From contig JADFZZ010000006.1 in the NCBI GenBank assembly GCA_015232315.1, positions 94,600-158,599 on the forward strand: DNA of 64,000 nucleotides, written 5' to 3'. Made by a program: the position numbers and the translations under genes. Positions 56,668 to 64,000 of this stretch are shown here, in pieces. The notes under the pieces are model-generated. The model had not been told where the DNA came from. It saw only the letters and a program-made list of their open reading frames with translations, and did no database searches. Numbering within the stretch: position 1 is the stretch's first letter; each line of letters begins with the position of its first letter. Source of the stretch: SAR324 cluster bacterium. GTDB taxonomy: Bacteria > SAR324 > NAC60-12.

Positions 56668-58011
56668 ATGAAAGGGCGATGGTTGTTAGCGGGGGTTATT
56701 TTATTGAGTCAGGTTTTTGTCTTAGCGGCTCAGGAAAAACTGGATGATGGTTTATATGCTAAAATGGAAACAGGCAAAGGCCTGATTTTGATAAGATTGT
56801 TCTATGAAAAAGCACCCATGACCGTTGCTAACTTTATCGGCTTGGCTGAAGGTAAAAAAGCATGGATTGATCCCATCAATGGCGAATCCAAAAATACAAA
56901 ATTTTATGATGGTCTTACATTTCATCGTGTCGTGAAGGATTTTGTGATTCAGGGGGGGGATCCTTTAGGCAATGGAAGTGGTGGTCCAGGGTATCAGTTT
57001 GGGGATGAGTTCAATGAGGATCTCAAACACGACAAGCCGGGAATTCTATCAATGGCTAATGCCGGACCTGGTACAAATGGAAGTCAGTTTTTCATCACAC
57101 ACAAGGCGACGCCATGGCTGGACAACCGACATTCTGTTTTTGGTGAGGTTGTACAGGGAATGGATGTGGTGCTGAAGATTGAACAAGGTGATTTGATTAA
57201 ATCGGTGACGATTCTCAGGGAAGGAAGCAAGGCCAAGGCCTTTGATATAGCGGAAATTGATAAAAAGGCACAAAAAGACGCAGAAAAACAGGCGGAAGCC
57301 AACAAAAAAACACTTCCCTCTTTTTCCGGTGTGATTGACCCGCAAAGAGTTCCATCCGCAGAACAGACCGAGGTGGATGAAGTGGCGCTGGACATGCTTG
57401 TGATTACCTATAAAGGTGCTAAAACACCTAAGCCACATATATATTATGATAAAGCCGGGGCCTTGGACGTCTCAAAAAAATTAGTTCAACTGGCTCGGCA
57501 AAAAAATGGAGATTTCCGTGATCTTATCCAGAAATTTTCGGACTTACCCCAACAAACTACGGTTCCTGTATTGAAAAAGTCCGACCCTCAATTGCCCGCG
57601 TTTCTGCATACTGCGTTTCGATTGAAAGAAGGACAGGTGAGTGATCCCATTGATAGTCCAATGGGGTATTTGCTTTTTAAAAGAATTCCGTTGGAATATG
57701 CAAATGCCAGTCATATCCTGATTTCTTATCAAGGTGCTGTGGGTTCAAAACAGAAACGTACCAAGGATGAAGCTATGGAGCGGGCTCGCCAGGTTCTAAA
57801 AGATGCGTTGGCAAAAAAAGATTTTGCGGAACTTGCCAAAACTTATTCTGATGGCCCAACAGCGCCGAATGGTGGTCAATTGGGAAAATTCGCAAGAGGT
57901 ATGATGGTTCCTTCCTTTGAGGATGAAGTGTTTCGAACAAAATCAGGTGATGTCAGCGCCAATATTGTAGAAACTCCTTTTGGTTACCACATTATAAAAA
58001 GAGAGGAATGA
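56668..58011 (+). CDS. Exported PPIase: cyclophilin + degenerate parvulin + parvulin
   Basis: FHRVVKDFVIQGGDP, MANAGPGTNGSQFFITH, WLDNRHSVFG; ASHILI, FAELAKTYSDGP, GGQLG, ETPFGYHII. Confidence 0.93.
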   Translation: MKGRWLLAGVILLSQVFVLAAQEKLDDGLYAKMETGKGLILIRLFYEKAPMTVANFIGLAEGKKAWIDPINGESKNTKFYDGLTFHRVVKDFVIQGGDPLGNGSGGPGYQFGDEFNEDLKHDKPGILSMANAGPGTNGSQFFITHKATPWLDNRHSVFGEVVQGMDVVLKIEQGDLIKSVTILREGSKAKAFDIAEIDKKAQKDAEKQAEANKKTLPSFSGVIDPQRVPSAEQTEVDEVALDMLVITYKGAKTPKPHIYYDKAGALDVSKKLVQLARQKNGDFRDLIQKFSDLPQQTTVPVLKKSDPQLPAFLHTAFRLKEGQVSDPIDSPMGYLLFKRIPLEYANASHILISYQGAVGSKQKRTKDEAMERARQVLKDALAKKDFAELAKTYSDGPTAPNGGQLGKFARGMMVPSFEDEVFRTKSGDVSANIVETPFGYHIIKREE

Positions 58012-61000
58012 AGTCTCTCTATCGGCGTATTGCTATTCTATTAGTACTTTTGTGCTGGGGGACTTCAGGATTAGGCAGTCCCGCGGAAAAAGGATTGTAT
58101 GCCGAAATCAATACACCGCAAGGAACGATCTGGATTGAATTATTTTTTGAAACAGCCCCTGTTTGGGTTGCCAATTTTGTCGGGCTGATCAATGAGACTC
58201 CTTCATGGAAGCTTCATTTTCCAAAGTCTGCGGGAAAATACTCAGAATCTATCCAGTTTGATCGGGTAATTCCCGGCTTGTTTGCTCAGGCGGGAAGTTC
58301 CTGGAATCTTGGCTATGTGATCTCTCCTGGAACTCAGGAACCTTTGTATCAGGAAAGTGCTGGCATGTTGTCCATGATCAACCGTGGCTCTTATGTGGAT
58401 CCCGGGCAATTCATAATCACTCATCAAGTCATTCCCAGATACGATGGAATCCATCCATTTTTTGGAAAAGTCATCGAGGGCCTGGATATCATTATAAAAA
58501 TGAGGCAGGGAATGCCTGTCACAGGGATAAGGATTGTGCCTGTGGGCGACAGGGCGGGTTCTTTTGATCCAGAACAATATGGACAACATATTTTTTATCA
58601 AACGGCTCTCATTCAATCCGGGATAGATTCGGCTTATTTTGAAAAGCCGGTTGATCCAGCTAAGATTCCTTCTCCCAATCAGCAAGTGGTTGATAATGTT
58701 TCGCTGGAATTGCTGGTCGTTGGATATCAGTCTGATGCGAATTCCCCTCCGTTGAATCTTTCACGGGACCAGGCACAACACCTGGCAACTCAATTGACTG
58801 ATGCCGGCCGACGAAAAGAAGTAGATTTTCAGGAATTGATTCTCAGGCATTCAACCTTACCTCAGCATAATATAATTCCTTCTCTTCAGTATTCAGATTC
58901 TCTTCCTAGTTTTTTGTATGATGCGTTTTCATTGAGACTTGGTCAGGTGAGTGCCCCGGTTGATTCTCCACTTGGATTTGTAATTTATAAAAGGGTATCT
59001 CCAGTAAATTTTGAGATAAATCAAATTTTGATCACTCATCGTCAAAGTGACCCGGTGCAATCCAGGAGTCGCATGGAAGCCTTGGAATTGGCTGGTCAGA
59101 TATTGGAAGAAATCCAATCGACACAATATTACAAAATAAACAACGATGTTTTTTCTATTCTCCAGTCGGTAGAAATTCCCAGAGAATATTTAGCCCGCTT
59201 AAAAAGTCTGAATGGACGGAATTTTCGTAAAAAACATAAATTTTTATGTGCGGTTCGCCAGGCAATGTATCCAATATCTACAAAAGAATATTCAATTATT
59301 AAAAGTTTTTTAACGTCATTTCCTCAAGTAAAGGTGAGCGCAGAAAAATTGAAAGAATTGTCGGAAATGGATATCTCATCCCAGACCCTTGAGGCATTGA
59401 TCATTAACAATGATCGTGTCTATTTAGATCAGAACCAGTTTTTTTGTGGACTTGCCGAAACGTTGGAGACACTGGAAAATGAACATTTCAGTATGCAGAT
59501 TCTGGGTTATTCAGATTTTGGTGTTAAGTTCAAAATCACCCCAAGCACTCTTGAAAAAATTAAAAATAATAGTGGTTTTTATCAGCTCTTGGTGAATCTT
59601 GAAACAATGAGAGGTCAACAGTTTTTATCAGAAAACACACTGTTAGATGCAATTGAAAAACAGGTTGGAAATGAGATTAAAAACCGCTTTTCGATTATCG
59701 TATTACAACATGTGGAGCGAAAATTTGAGTTAACGGAAGATTCCATTGAACAGATTCAGGAATCTCATGATTTTGCAGGATTTCTTCAAAAATTGCGTTT
59801 TTTAGATAAAAAGGATTTTCAGAATAAGTATGATTTTGATGCTTCTTTAAGAACTGCTTTAGGACAGAACTCTGCGGATCGTTATAAGAAACTGATCTAC
59901 AAACATGTTAAAAAAGTCTTTTCAATGTCGAGTACAATCATGTCCGCATTGGATGAATCTCTGTTCCCTGGTGATGTGGCTGTGGCGTTGAGTGCTCTTC
60001 AAGCACACAAATATTCCACAAAAAATGAATTATGGGCGACTATTCAAAAGATACTTGGAACTAATCCTTTATGGATGTATCAAAGTTTTTTTGAAACTTA
60101 TATTGAGCATAAAATCTTTTTAAGAAGTACAGATCTTTCCAGAATGCAAAAAGGGCTTTCCTCAAAGCAGATAACAGAAAAATTATCTGGGGTTCTGAAT
60201 CAGTTTTATAAAGGGCGCTATGCCTTTATAGGCGCGATAGAGAGAAGAATTGGAAAAGATGCGACAAATCGCTATAAAACGTTGCTGCTTAAAAAGGCCC
60301 AAACTAAAAATGGGTATAAGTTGACATCCACGATGCTTCAGGAAATTCTGAATAATCAGGATTTCGATACTATCATTGGGAAACTTCAACCAATTATGGA
60401 TATGGAGTTCGATGGAGATATTGCCTTTGAACAAACTATTTCTCAGTATCTTGATGCGGAATCGCTGCAAAACTACAGACCTTTGTTGAAGGAATATACT
60501 GAATCCTACTTCAAACTTTCAGATGGTTTGTTCAGTGATATTAAAAAAATACCTGATAAAGAACAGTTTTTCAAAAAACTGGCGGCAATCATCAATCAGG
60601 AGTACACCTCTAAAACTGCGTTAGTTTCAACGGTTCAGGCATCATTAGGACCATACTTGTTTTTGTGGTATAAAAATGTTTTTGATGAATCTGTTCAAAC
60701 CATTTACAGAATAAATTCTGATGTGATTGAACAAATTGCGAAGGATGGTGATTTTGACAGGATTCTTCAGGGGGTGAAAAAAGTGGAAGGTATTCCTTTT
60801 GCGACTTTGGCTTTATTTAAGGATGCTCTGGTAAATATGATAGGGGTTGAAGCGACTGAACGATATATAGACCTCTTGGCTCAACAAGCATCAATACCCG
60901 TTCCATTGATTCTTTCTTCCACATCAATGCGTAGCATCCAGAAAGAAGGGGATACCGATGTTTTGTTAAACAAATTGAAGTTGTTGATGGATCAAACATT

Positions 61001-61286
61001 TAAAAGTTCGACGGAATTGGCTGAAACTCTGACTGAAACTCTGGGGCATAGTATGGCAACATGCTATTCCTCATTAGTGCGGGATTATTCTCATTATGGC
61101 TTTGCTGAACTTGCTCAAAAATACTCAGAAGCTTTATCATCAGTTCAGGGAGGTCAATTGGGAATGATATCACAAGGTATGTTGATGCCTGAAATGGAAA
61201 ATGAAATTTTGCGTCTGGAATCGGAGGAAATAAGTGATATTATTGAATCAAACACAGGGTTTCATATCATTAAAAGACTTCGATAA
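58008..61286 (+). CDS. Paralogous exported cyclophilin-parvulin-parvulin protein with a 658-aa repeat insertion
   Basis: Collinear with the upstream gene (LYAEINT..G.I.I.LF...AP..VANF.GL; VDP.KIPS..Q..VD.V.L; SPLGFVIYKR; FAELAQKYSE..GGQLG..ESNTGFHIIK). ATGA overlap with the upstream stop. Confidence 0.88.
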   Translation: MKSLYRRIAILLVLLCWGTSGLGSPAEKGLYAEINTPQGTIWIELFFETAPVWVANFVGLINETPSWKLHFPKSAGKYSESIQFDRVIPGLFAQAGSSWNLGYVISPGTQEPLYQESAGMLSMINRGSYVDPGQFIITHQVIPRYDGIHPFFGKVIEGLDIIIKMRQGMPVTGIRIVPVGDRAGSFDPEQYGQHIFYQTALIQSGIDSAYFEKPVDPAKIPSPNQQVVDNVSLELLVVGYQSDANSPPLNLSRDQAQHLATQLTDAGRRKEVDFQELILRHSTLPQHNIIPSLQYSDSLPSFLYDAFSLRLGQVSAPVDSPLGFVIYKRVSPVNFEINQILITHRQSDPVQSRSRMEALELAGQILEEIQSTQYYKINNDVFSILQSVEIPREYLARLKSLNGRNFRKKHKFLCAVRQAMYPISTKEYSIIKSFLTSFPQVKVSAEKLKELSEMDISSQTLEALIINNDRVYLDQNQFFCGLAETLETLENEHFSMQILGYSDFGVKFKITPSTLEKIKNNSGFYQLLVNLETMRGQQFLSENTLLDAIEKQVGNEIKNRFSIIVLQHVERKFELTEDSIEQIQESHDFAGFLQKLRFLDKKDFQNKYDFDASLRTALGQNSADRYKKLIYKHVKKVFSMSSTIMSALDESLFPGDVAVALSALQAHKYSTKNELWATIQKILGTNPLWMYQSFFETYIEHKIFLRSTDLSRMQKGLSSKQITEKLSGVLNQFYKGRYAFIGAIERRIGKDATNRYKTLLLKKAQTKNGYKLTSTMLQEILNNQDFDTIIGKLQPIMDMEFDGDIAFEQTISQYLDAESLQNYRPLLKEYTESYFKLSDGLFSDIKKIPDKEQFFKKLAAIINQEYTSKTALVSTVQASLGPYLFLWYKNVFDESVQTIYRINSDVIEQIAKDGDFDRILQGVKKVEGIPFATLALFKDALVNMIGVEATERYIDLLAQQASIPVPLILSSTSMRSIQKEGDTDVLLNKLKLLMDQTFKSSTELAETLTETLGHSMATCYSSLVRDYSHYGFAELAQKYSEALSSVQGGQLGMISQGMLMPEMENEILRLESEEISDIIESNTGFHIIKRLR
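59127..61100 (+). repeat. Ten tandem protein repeats of 65-67 aa (residues 374-1031)
   Basis: Ungapped manual alignment. Aromatic residue at unit positions 33 and 55 in 10/10 units, L/V at 25 in 10/10, F/L at 39 in 10/10, Gly at 48 in 7/10. Confidence 0.85.
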
Positions 61287-61303
61287 TTAAGCATAAAGGC
61301 CTT

Positions 61304-62038
61304 ATGACACGAACTCCAGATACCGCCGCAATTGTAGTGATAGGGAACGAAATACTTTCCGGGAAGGTAAAAGACAGCAATTCCTATTATCTATGTCAGG
61401 AATTACGATTTCTGGGTGTGGATGTGCATAGAATCCTGACAGTACCGGATGAGATTGATTTAGTAGGGAAACTTGTCAAGGAGTATGCACAACAATTCAC
61501 GTGGGTGTTTACCAGTGGTGGAATTGGCCCAACTCATGATGACATCACCATTGAGTCGATTGCGAAAGCGTTTGGGGTGGCAACAGAAGAGTCGCCACGT
61601 TTGGCTCAACTGATCAGAGATTATTACAAAGATCAATGCACCCCGGCTCATTTGCGGATGGCAAAGATCCCTAAAGGGGCACAGTTGCTGGAATATGAAA
61701 CGCTTTCTGCTCCTCAACTCCAGTTTCATAATATAATTATTTTTCCAGGTATTCCTGAGTTATTGCGAGAGCGTTTCAATGGGATCAAGGAAATGTTTCG
61801 TCAAGATCCAATTTTTTTACGTGAAATCTTCATGAAAATTGATGAAAGCCTGATTTCAGAATTATTGGATAAAACCATGATGAATTATCCTGCATTGTTG
61901 TTAGGGTCTTATCCCACGTTATGGCGTAAGGATTACACCTTGAAATTGACTCTTGAATCAAGGGAAAAATCATATTTACAGGAAGCTTTTGATTATCTCA
62001 TGGACCATCTTCCTAAAGATAAAATGGTTCAATTTTAG
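61304..62038 (+). CDS. CinA N-terminal / molybdopterin-binding domain protein (COG1058 pyrophosphatase-like)
   Basis: IGNEILSGKVKDSN, SGGIGPTHDDIT, MAKIP.GA, FPGIP. No C-terminal NMN deamidase domain. Confidence 0.88.
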   Translation: MTRTPDTAAIVVIGNEILSGKVKDSNSYYLCQELRFLGVDVHRILTVPDEIDLVGKLVKEYAQQFTWVFTSGGIGPTHDDITIESIAKAFGVATEESPRLAQLIRDYYKDQCTPAHLRMAKIPKGAQLLEYETLSAPQLQFHNIIIFPGIPELLRERFNGIKEMFRQDPIFLREIFMKIDESLISELLDKTMMNYPALLLGSYPTLWRKDYTLKLTLESREKSYLQEAFDYLMDHLPKDKMVQF

Positions 62039-62063
62039 AATAACCTTTACTGGCGGGTAAGCT

Positions 62064-63707
62064 ATGACTCCCAAACAATTGGCTGAACATTTTCGTCGTC
62101 GTCTGCCTCTGATTCATGTTGTCCTGGATGGATGGGGAATTGGGGAACAGAATGAAACCAACGCAATGTATCATGCAAAAATCCCTGTAATGAATAATCT
62201 GATGAAACAGTTTCCCAACACACAATTATTTGCACATGGCAAGTATGTAGGTTTGCCAAGCGAAACAGATCTTGGTGGGTCAGAAGTCGGACATCTGACT
62301 ATGGGGGCTGGAATGGTTTTGGAACAAGGTCCCTCTTTGATTCAGAATATGATTGAATCAGGTGAATTCAACAATAGTCCAGTTCTGAATAAAATGATCC
62401 AGAACTGCTTATCTCACCAGACACCGCTACATCTCCTGGGATTGTTATCGGATGGCAATATTCATAGCCACATAAGTCATTTTATCGCCATTATCAAACA
62501 TGCCTTCAATAGTGGTGTCAAACAACTTTATGTCCATGCTCTGCTGGATGGCCGAGATGTCGCTATTCAGTCAGCTACGGATTATACGCAGGTTCTGGAG
62601 CAATTGTTTCATGAACTTAAATCCCAGAGACCTGAAGTGGATTATGCGTTTGCCAGTGGGGGCGGCAGGGAAGCCGTCACAATGGATAGAGATGAAAACT
62701 GGAAAAGCGTTGAAGCTGGTTGGAATCTGCATATTCGAGGGAAGAGTGACCATTATTTTGAGTCAATGGATCAGGCGATTTCTTTTTTTAGAGAGCAGGA
62801 CCCTAACATAATAGATCAGGCCTTGCCCGGTTTTGTGATCACTCGGAATGGAAAACCAATAGGTCCGATTCAAGATAATCATTCATTAATTTTTGTGAAT
62901 TTTCGGGCGGATCGGGCGATTGAGTTTACAAGAGCTGTTGTTGATGATGATTTTAAGCATTTTGATCGTTCACCTCGTCCCAAAATAGAATTTGCTGGCA
63001 TGATGATTTATGACCAGGACACTCAAACTCCAGAAAATTTTATTGTTGGATCTGTGTCAGTTGAATCTCCATTTGGAAAAAGAATCCTTGAACACAATAA
63101 AATGCAGTTCAGATTGACTGAAACTCAAAAATTTCCTCATGTTACTTTTTTCTTTAATGGTGGCTATCGTGAACCGTTAGACAGAAAAAAAGAGACATAC
63201 CACTTGATTGAATCTGATAAAATTCCTTCGTTTGATCTAAAACCTCAAATGAAGGCCATGGAAATTGCGGATCAGGCTGTAAAGTATATACTGTCAGATC
63301 AATATGACTATGGATTGATTAATTTTGCCAATGCCGACATGGTCGGGCATTCAGGTAATTTGGAAGCCGCTATCAAGGCGGTTGAATTAGTTGATATTCA
63401 ACTGTCAAAAATTATAAAAGCCATTGAACAAAAAAATGGTTTGCTTGTCGTTACCGCAGATCATGGAAATGCGGATCAGATGAAATCATTCAATAAAAAG
63501 AAACAGTGCTGGGAACCAAACACCAAACATTCACTCAATCCAGTACCATTCATTATTTATGATCCGCTGTATGATAGCAGTTATAAACTGAAACCCCTAA
63601 ACCATGAAACCCAATTGAATTTGAGTAATATAGCCGCAACAAATTTTATTCTTATGGGAGAAGAACATCCATCGGATATCAATGAGTCTTTATTTGATTT
63701 CAGTTGA
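62064..63707 (+). CDS. gpmI: 2,3-bisphosphoglycerate-independent phosphoglycerate mutase
   Basis: LDGWG, SEVGH, LSDGNIHSH, LDGRD, NFRADR, ETQKFPHVTFFFNG, NADMVGH, TADHGNA. Confidence 0.97.
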   Translation: MTPKQLAEHFRRRLPLIHVVLDGWGIGEQNETNAMYHAKIPVMNNLMKQFPNTQLFAHGKYVGLPSETDLGGSEVGHLTMGAGMVLEQGPSLIQNMIESGEFNNSPVLNKMIQNCLSHQTPLHLLGLLSDGNIHSHISHFIAIIKHAFNSGVKQLYVHALLDGRDVAIQSATDYTQVLEQLFHELKSQRPEVDYAFASGGGREAVTMDRDENWKSVEAGWNLHIRGKSDHYFESMDQAISFFREQDPNIIDQALPGFVITRNGKPIGPIQDNHSLIFVNFRADRAIEFTRAVVDDDFKHFDRSPRPKIEFAGMMIYDQDTQTPENFIVGSVSVESPFGKRILEHNKMQFRLTETQKFPHVTFFFNGGYREPLDRKKETYHLIESDKIPSFDLKPQMKAMEIADQAVKYILSDQYDYGLINFANADMVGHSGNLEAAIKAVELVDIQLSKIIKAIEQKNGLLVVTADHGNADQMKSFNKKKQCWEPNTKHSLNPVPFIIYDPLYDSSYKLKPLNHETQLNLSNIAATNFILMGEEHPSDINESLFDFS

Positions 63708-63736
63708 TTTTGATAAACCTGATTGAAAGTTGATTT

Positions 63737-64000
63737 ATGAAAAATATTGTATGCATTGGTGCCGGGTACGTTGGTGGTCCCACCATGGCTGTGATTGCGG
63801 AACATTGTTCAGCATATAAAATCACAGTAGTAGACATCAATCAGAATCGAATTGATCGTTGGAATTCGCCTAATCTTCCAATTTATGAACCTGGTTTGCA
63901 GGAAGTTGTAGAAAAACAACGTGGTAAAAATCTGTTTTTCAGTACGGATGTTGCCGGGGCATTGACCGAGGCGGATATTGTATTTGTTGCCACGAATACT
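63737..64000 (+). CDS. ugd: UDP-glucose 6-dehydrogenase, 5' part (runs off window; not in ORF track)
   Basis: My translation is [24 protein letters not shown]...[28 protein letters not shown]...GKNLFFSTD. Confidence 0.93.
   Translation, partial: MKNIVCIGAGYVGGPTMAVIAEHCSAYKITVVDINQNRIDRWNSPNLPIYEPGLQEVVEKQRGKNLFFSTDVAGALTEADIVFVATNT

Noticed and set aside
59127..61100. Insert in the PPIase considered as an intein or mobile element
   Set aside because: No Cys/Ser start with His-Asn end, and no LAGLIDADG, HNH or transposase motifs. It is a tandem helical repeat.
1..64000. CRISPR arrays, IS elements, prophage, retron/RT or defence systems; the many 60-170 aa antisense ORFs in the track
   Set aside because: No direct-repeat arrays or recombinase, RT or nuclease motifs were seen. 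The short ORFs lie within well-supported genes on other frames.

Overview
Densely coded, AT-rich bacterial chromosomal segment from a diderm. It contains lipid A acyltransferase, Omp85-like barrels, Ccm system I genes, NtrY, STAS/PilZ signalling and type IV pilus parts. The gene content feels deltaproteobacterial/SAR324-like, but that is inference only. Housekeeping genes (thrC, dxs, lipA, aroA, smpB, dprA, gpmI, ugd, ccmCDE) are interleaved with unusual envelope and signalling proteins. I see no tRNA, rRNA, CRISPR array, transposase or phage genes. Most notable: (1) a tandem pair of exported cyclophilin-parvulin-parvulin foldases, the second carrying ten ungapped 65-67 aa helical repeats (658 aa) inserted inside its last parvulin domain; (2) a tightly coupled operon of TerB-PilZ-TerB protein, orphan peptide-binding protein, membrane adenylate cyclase and metallopeptidase-propeller-Omp85 protein, which could be an envelope peptide-sensing cAMP circuit; (3) a second Omp85-like barrel fused to a catalytically dead M1 aminopeptidase; (4) a structured ncRNA or leader candidate with a sigma70 promoter upstream of a ZapB-like gene with a long acidic tail; (5) a pil operon interrupted by an antisense LtaS-family gene; (6) a membrane-spanning propeller-TPR-J-domain protein; (7) a GH57-glgA-GH57 glycogen module.
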